This document shows, piece after piece, positions 26,998 through 32,000 of a DNA stretch of 32,000 bases. The DNA lies in contig NZ_CP042905.2 in NCBI RefSeq assembly GCF_008000775.2, positions 3,870,001 through 3,902,000 on the forward strand, read 5' to 3'. The notes beneath the pieces are model-generated. The model saw nothing but the letters and a program-made list of their open reading frames with translations, searched no databases and was not told the origin of the DNA. The stretch is from Promethearchaeum syntrophicum. Its GTDB lineage: Archaea > Asgardarchaeota > Lokiarchaeia > Sigyniarchaeales > Promethearchaeaceae. Every line of letters starts with the position of its first letter. Position 1 is the first letter of the stretch. A program made the translations under genes and the position numbers.

Positions 26998-27861
26998 ATG
27001 CCGGATGATAATTCCAAAACACCCTATGAATTTAATTCGGTCCAAGCAACCAATTTTATGCCTTTGTGGGGAAGAGCAACTTATAGTAAAAGGAATCCGG
27101 AGCTTCTAAATGACCCAGTGGCTGTAGATCTCATGAACCGGATTCAAAATGACCTTAATTTAGATTATTCACTAATCGAAAAAACACACAAGAAGCGAGT
27201 TGAATACTTTGGGTTGATTTTTTTAGCTCGAGCTCAAAATATGGATAATGCCCTTAAAAATTACCTATCAACTTATCCAGAATGTACCGTGGTCAATCTT
27301 GGGATTGGATTAGAAACAAATTTCTTTCGTTGTGATAACCACCAATTACAATGGTATGATGTTGATTTTCCTGACGTGATAAATTTCCGCAAGAAATATT
27401 TACCTGAATCTGATCGATATCACTACCTGGCTCAATCAGTACTTAATTTCAGCTGGATGGATAAAATACAATTCATTAGAGAAAAGGGGATATTTATAAT
27501 TGCGGGTGGTTTATTTATGTATTTTACTAAGGAGGAAATTTCAAATCTTATATCAAAAATGGCAAAAAAATTTCCTGCAGGGGAATTGATCTTTGATCAT
27601 ACTGCAAAAAATGGTGTTAAAATTGCGAACAAGAGGACCTTGAAAGCAGGAAAGACTGAAATGTTGTTTAAATCCTACTGCAAAAATCCCAAGAAAGATT
27701 ATGAACCGATTCATCCAAGCATCAGAGTTAAAGACCAGTATCTCTATTGGAAGAGAACAAAAATTAATCCTCAGTGGGTTAAGACCACAAAAATGATGAT
27801 AAAACTCTCCACCTTATTAAAAATGGCTTATTTTATCCATTTGAAGTTTGAAAAGAAATAA
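26998..27861 (+). CDS. LCMT/PPM-family SAM-dependent methyltransferase
   Basis: NDPVAVDLMNRI, RAQNMDNALKNYLSTYPECTVVNLGIGLETNFFR, WYDVDFPDVINFRKKYL, IIAGGLFMYFTKEE: leucine carboxyl methyltransferase-like pattern. Confidence 0.82.
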   Translation: MPDDNSKTPYEFNSVQATNFMPLWGRATYSKRNPELLNDPVAVDLMNRIQNDLNLDYSLIEKTHKKRVEYFGLIFLARAQNMDNALKNYLSTYPECTVVNLGIGLETNFFRCDNHQLQWYDVDFPDVINFRKKYLPESDRYHYLAQSVLNFSWMDKIQFIREKGIFIIAGGLFMYFTKEEISNLISKMAKKFPAGELIFDHTAKNGVKIANKRTLKAGKTEMLFKSYCKNPKKDYEPIHPSIRVKDQYLYWKRTKINPQWVKTTKMMIKLSTLLKMAYFIHLKFEKK

Positions 27862-27868
27862 TGAAAAA

Positions 27869-28069
27869 CTAGCTTTTAAATTCGGTTTTTTTCTTATATG
27901 TAATAGTAATTTTTAGTTTAAATAAAAAAAACCAAAAAACTCTTAAAATTATATAAATGAGGAGAATCCATAATAATTTTACTGCATAATCTTTGAGGTT
28001 TATAGAGATATCTACAAAAAACTCATATAAATCATCTAAAAAATTCTCCCCAAAATATAATTTATTCAT
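27869..28069 (-). CDS. Small single-TM hypothetical protein
   Basis: 66-aa ORF with one strong TM segment (AVKLLWILLIYIILRVFWFFLF). Confidence 0.35.
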   Translation of the reverse strand: MNKLYFGENFLDDLYEFFVDISINLKDYAVKLLWILLIYIILRVFWFFLFKLKITITYKKKTEFKS

Positions 28070-28271
28070 TTGAAATAATCAATAAAAACCATATTAAAAA
28101 GTCCGAAAAAAATGGTAGCTGTTATGTTTTATTCCTACTTTTTTTTTCAAGCTTCTATATTTTCAATAAATGATTGTAAATCTGATTAAATTACTAAATT
28201 CTTGGAAACCACAATAAATTTAAATATCAAATCAACAATAGTGAAACTTGTATTGAAATATTATACAATTA

Positions 28272-28859
28272 TTGATGATAACCTTTGGATTGAAAAAAAT
28301 GAGTAAAATTAAAATTGGTAAAGGATTGGCTATTATTACATTACTTCTAGGACTCATTGGTTCTGGAACGGGGGGATATTTATTCGCAAAAGAATTTTTC
28401 CTAGACGTAGAGCCACAAGAAGAACATATTTTACCAAAAGCACGTGTATTTTATAATGGAACACCTTCATTCAGTAAATATTCGAATACTGTAGCAGAAA
28501 GTCTTGATTTTAATCAAGTTTCGTATGACACGCACAATGCTTTTGATTTGACTAACGATTCATATATAATTCCTGAAGATGGAGTTTATGATATTGATGC
28601 ACAGTATTGCGTAGCTAATGCTGAAGATGGGGATGATTATGTAATCTTTATTATGTTGGACACTCAAAGGGCAGCATTCAAGCAAGTGACGTGTTCCGCA
28701 ACTGTTAGTACTTTAGGTGTTAGCATCAGTGATAAATTGAATTTAACTGTTGGGGATACAATTAGCATCCATATTTTCGTTTTTACTGGTGTATCGGAAT
28801 GGAGATCTGTATACGGTAAAGAATATGCAACATTTTTCTCAATTGCAAAATTGGCTTAA
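28272..28859 (+). CDS. Membrane-anchored/secreted protein with C1q/TNF-like jelly-roll domain
   Basis: N-terminal TM/signal segment (IIGLAIITLLLGLIGSGTGGYLF region), then FNQVSYDTHNAFDLTNDSYIIPEDGVYDIDAQY...DKLNLTVGDTISIHIFVFTG...ATFFSIAKLA, resembling C1q signatures (F..v.YD...F....y..P..GvY; v.L..GD.v.i). The likely start is the internal MSKIKIGKG Met. Confidence 0.6.
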   Translation: MMITFGLKKMSKIKIGKGLAIITLLLGLIGSGTGGYLFAKEFFLDVEPQEEHILPKARVFYNGTPSFSKYSNTVAESLDFNQVSYDTHNAFDLTNDSYIIPEDGVYDIDAQYCVANAEDGDDYVIFIMLDTQRAAFKQVTCSATVSTLGVSISDKLNLTVGDTISIHIFVFTGVSEWRSVYGKEYATFFSIAKLA

Positions 28860-28884
28860 AAAATTTATTTTATTCATAGTCAAG

Positions 28885-28958
28885 GAAGTCTGACTGTATC
28901 CAGTGAGCCTTTCTCACCGCATCTATTCGATGGGTGTAGTCACCAACCTACAGTGGCC
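28885..28958 (+). ncRNA. Candidate structured RNA or structured 3' UTR
   Basis: Closing CTGTA/TACAG (28894-28898 with 28949-28953), hairpin GTGAG-CCTTT-CTCAC (28903-28917), CATC-TATTC-GATG (28920-28932), alternative GGTG-TAGT-CACC; less AT-rich than surrounding sequence and followed by a poly-T tract. Confidence 0.45.
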
Positions 28959-28974
28959 TTTTTTCTTTTCTTTT
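28959..28974 (+). terminator. Poly-T tract, likely archaeal transcription terminator
   Basis: ttttttcttttctttt directly after the structured region. Confidence 0.5.
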
Positions 28975-29219
28975 CCGATCTTCTCATACCAATTCTCATC
29001 TGCTAGCGATACCTTCAATAGAGTTATCGATACTTTCTAAAGAACTCTGTAAGTTCATTTTTTTTTTATTTCTTTTGTACTATTTAAAAAACAATTCTTT
29101 GTGTATTAACTTATATACCATGCCAGATAGGTCTAATCCACGTGAATATATTTACGGAATGGAAAATCTCACTTATGATATTCTGTTTATCAAAGGTAAA
29201 TAGCATAATACTTAGTAAT

Positions 29220-29417
29220 CTATGATATGTTTGTTTTTTCTAATTTATCTAGTATAACTTTTGCTCTTTCATTTCCTTCGCCAACTAATATGGCTAAATT
29301 GTCTTTAAATGATTTTAAATTTATTTTTAGTTCTTCATTCGCATCGAACTTCTCTTCAGGTGTCCCATTTCCAAATTTATCAAGCAAATCTTCAATAACA
29401 CCTAAAATTTTTTCCAT
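29220..29417 (-). CDS. Small hypothetical protein
   Basis: 65-aa ORF with helical, charged, protein-like composition (MEKILGVIEDLLDKFGNGTPEEKFDANEELKINLKSF...). Confidence 0.45.
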   Translation of the reverse strand: MEKILGVIEDLLDKFGNGTPEEKFDANEELKINLKSFKDNLAILVGEGNERAKVILDKLEKTNIS

Positions 29418-29570
29418 GAATATGTTTTATTTAATTATTGTTTTAAATTTTTATTTGAGATAATAATAGTGGCTTCCAAAATAACAATGAGAAAGGATTT
29501 ATTAGATATCTAAAATATGAATTGATGTAAAAATCGTTAAATTTATTGTTTATTTTCTCTTTTCTATTTT

Positions 29571-32000
29571 ATGAAAGAGTATGATTTTACTTCCATTGAA
29601 TTGAAATGGCAATCTAAATGGGAGAAGGATAAAATCTTTGAAGTTGAAAAAGACTCTAATAAAAAGAAATATTACGTTTTAGAGATGTATCCGTATCCAA
29701 GTGGAAAAATGCACATGGGACATCTTCGTAATTATACAATTGGTGATACTTTTGCACGATTTCAGCGAATGAATGGGTATAATGTATTATATCCAATGGG
29801 TTATGACTCTTTTGGTCTCCCTGCTGAAATTGCAGCTATCAAAAAAGGAATACCTCCGGAAGAATTTACTAAGAAAAATATTACAAGTTTTAAAGCTGAT
29901 CAAAAAAGAATTGGATATAGTTATGATTGGCGGCGTGAGGTTTCATCAATGAACCCTAATTATTTTCGCTGGAATCAATGGTTTTTCCTTAAAATGCTTG
30001 AAAAAGGTTTAGCTTACCGCAAAGAATCTATGGTTAACTGGTGTCCAGGATGCAACTCAGTATTAGCAAACGAACAGGTTATTAGTGGAAAATGTTGGAG
30101 ATGTTCAGCAGTAATTCAACCAAAATTTTTGTCGCAATGGTTTTTTAAAATTAGAGAATATGCTGATGAACTCCTAGATAAATTAGATACCCTTGATTGG
30201 CCAGAAAAAGTAAAAATTATGCAAAAGAATTGGATAGGTAGAAGTGAAGGTTCTACAATAGATTTTGAAGTTGAAGGAACAGATCAGACTTTAGCAATAT
30301 TTACAACGCGAAGCGACACAATATTTGGAGTCACCTTTATGACGATGGCTGCAGAGCATCCATGGTGTGCAGATTGGGTTAAAGATACGGAATATGAAGA
30401 AGAATATCAACAATTTTATGAAGATGTTATGCAAGAAGATCGATATCAGCGCACTGCAGAAGATACGGAGAAAAAAGGTGTATTTTTAGGTAAATTTGCA
30501 ATAAATCCCTTAACAGGAAATAAAATCCCAATTTATGCAGGTAATTTTGTAATATATGAATATGGTGCAGGGGCAGTGATGGCGGTACCAGGTCACGATC
30601 AGCGAGATTTTGAATTTGCTAAAAAATATGATATTCCAATTAAAATTGTAATTCAACCATTCGATGGATATAAATTAAATGGGGAAAAAATGAGTCGCGC
30701 TTTTCTTGATGATGGAATTTTAGATGAATCAGAAGAGTTTACAGGAATTGAAAACAGAGTAGCAATTAATCGAATTGAAAAAAAACTTAATAAATTGGGG
30801 AAAGGAGGACCAATAGTAAATTATAAAATAAGAGATTGGTTAATTTCTCGACAAAGATTTTGGGGAACTCCAATTCCTATTATTTATTGCAAAGATTGTG
30901 GTACAGTTCCTGTTTCATACGAAAATTTACCGGTAGAACTCCCAAATGATGCAATTTTTGGTAAATCGGGAAATCCTTTAGAACATAGCAAAACTTTTAT
31001 GAACGTAAAATGCCCAAAATGTGGTAAAAAAGCCCGTAGAGAAACAGATACAATGGATACATTTGTCGACTCATCATGGTACTTTTTAAAATACACAAGT
31101 CCACAATTAGCAGATATTCCCTTTGAGAAAGAGGATGTAGAATATTGGGGACCAGTTGATCAATATATTGGGGGAATAGAACATGCAATATTGCACTTGC
31201 TCTATGCGAGATTTTTTACTAAAATGAGCAGAGATCTAGGACTCCATAATTTTGATGAACCATTTAAAGCGTTACTTACTCAAGGGATGATAAATAAAGC
31301 ACATCCGTATTGCGAAAATTGCCGAAAATTCCTTCCCGCAAGTTACAACAAAGATGGTGAATGGGAGGGTGAATATAATCAAGAAAAAGAGACTTGTAAT
31401 ACTTGTGGGCAAAAATATATATTAAAATCGGCAAAGATGTCTAAAAGTCTTGGAAACACACTCTCACCGGGACCAATTATACAAGAATTTGGTGCAGATA
31501 CTGCAAGATTTTTCATAATGCATGGTGCAAATCCTGAACGGGAGTTAGAATGGTCAGATTCAGGGTGCAGTTCAGATAATAAAACCCTTCTAAAAATCTG
31601 GGATACAATTACGGCTCAACCATCTGCTACTCGATATAAAGATGATGTATATGATGAATACATTCGATTTCGCTTAAATCGTATGATCAAGAAGGTTTCA
31701 AATTTCTATCAGATTAAACTGATTAGAGACGCTTTGAATGAAATTATTGGATTTAATGATATTATCAAAAGATACATTGATATGAAACCTAATAAAAAGC
31801 TTCTAAGAGAATCGAAAGAGAACATTCTATTAATGTTAGCACCAATAACTCCCCATTTATGTGAAGAATTATGGAAATTCATGAATAAAAAAGGATATAT
31901 CTCTTTAGCATCATGGCCAGATTATGATGAAGCTTTAATTAACGAATCTATTGAGAAACATTGGTTAGCATATGAAAATGTAATAGAAGATGTCAAAAAT
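29571..32000 (+). CDS. leuS: Leucyl-tRNA synthetase, bacterial-type (runs off right edge)
   Basis: Manual translation [86 protein letters not shown]..., editing domain TTRSDTIFG / [19 protein letters not shown], and [13 protein letters not shown]. Confidence 0.97.
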   Translation, partial: MKEYDFTSIELKWQSKWEKDKIFEVEKDSNKKKYYVLEMYPYPSGKMHMGHLRNYTIGDTFARFQRMNGYNVLYPMGYDSFGLPAEIAAIKKGIPPEEFTKKNITSFKADQKRIGYSYDWRREVSSMNPNYFRWNQWFFLKMLEKGLAYRKESMVNWCPGCNSVLANEQVISGKCWRCSAVIQPKFLSQWFFKIREYADELLDKLDTLDWPEKVKIMQKNWIGRSEGSTIDFEVEGTDQTLAIFTTRSDTIFGVTFMTMAAEHPWCADWVKDTEYEEEYQQFYEDVMQEDRYQRTAEDTEKKGVFLGKFAINPLTGNKIPIYAGNFVIYEYGAGAVMAVPGHDQRDFEFAKKYDIPIKIVIQPFDGYKLNGEKMSRAFLDDGILDESEEFTGIENRVAINRIEKKLNKLGKGGPIVNYKIRDWLISRQRFWGTPIPIIYCKDCGTVPVSYENLPVELPNDAIFGKSGNPLEHSKTFMNVKCPKCGKKARRETDTMDTFVDSSWYFLKYTSPQLADIPFEKEDVEYWGPVDQYIGGIEHAILHLLYARFFTKMSRDLGLHNFDEPFKALLTQGMINKAHPYCENCRKFLPASYNKDGEWEGEYNQEKETCNTCGQKYILKSAKMSKSLGNTLSPGPIIQEFGADTARFFIMHGANPERELEWSDSGCSSDNKTLLKIWDTITAQPSATRYKDDVYDEYIRFRLNRMIKKVSNFYQIKLIRDALNEIIGFNDIIKRYIDMKPNKKLLRESKENILLMLAPITPHLCEELWKFMNKKGYISLASWPDYDEALINESIEKHWLAYENVIEDVKN

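Noticed and set aside
26897-27109. 70-aa plus-strand ORF at 26897..27109
   Set aside because: Out of frame across the end of the MFS gene and the start of the methyltransferase gene; not protein-like.
30884-31188. Minus-strand ORFs 30884..31096 and 30997..31188
   Set aside because: Antisense to leuS, which continues in frame to the window edge.
1-32000. CRISPR array, transposase, integrase, toxin-antitoxin or restriction system
   Set aside because: No regularly spaced direct repeats and no protein with these signatures was seen on reading the window. The 36-bp tandem at 23092 has no spacers.

Overview
AT-rich archaeal window, probably Asgard-like by inference. Evidence for an archaeon: a canonical bulge-helix-bulge tRNA intron, archaeal-type NadM, a TtuA/Ncs6-type PP-loop enzyme and an ADP-forming acyl-CoA synthetase alpha-like protein. 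From left to right: (i) a tightly packed minus-strand cluster of partial RtcA, PncC/CinA-C, a Nudix-like+NadM fusion, a SAM hydroxide adenosyltransferase (DUF62), an uncharacterised protein with a helical/TPR-like tail, and two small coiled-coil proteins; (ii) a divergent 396-aa protein that may hold three longin-like modules; (iii) a membrane protein with a soluble C-terminal domain; (iv) an intron-containing tRNA-Ile(UAU); (v) a giant 1285-aa polytopic membrane protein; (vi) bacterial-type ValRS, MIP18/DUF59 and an alpha/beta hydrolase; (vii) a small His-rich membrane protein; (viii) tRNA-Ala(CGC) with a tRNA-like 3' fragment beside it; (ix) TtuA/Ncs6-like and AcdA-like genes; (x) glmS and a tandem-wHTH regulator; (xi) a PEP-synthase/rifampin-phosphotransferase-like enzyme, an MFS transporter and an LCMT-like methyltransferase; (xii) a secreted/anchored C1q/TNF-like protein followed by a candidate structured RNA; (xiii) a bacterial-type LeuRS running off the right edge. 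The best leads are the possible tri-longin protein next to the coiled-coil/TPR gene block, tRNA-Ile(UAU), the tRNA-like relic around tRNA-Ala, two bacterial-type aaRS genes in an archaeon, and the structured intergenic RNA. No CRISPR array or transposon was recognised.
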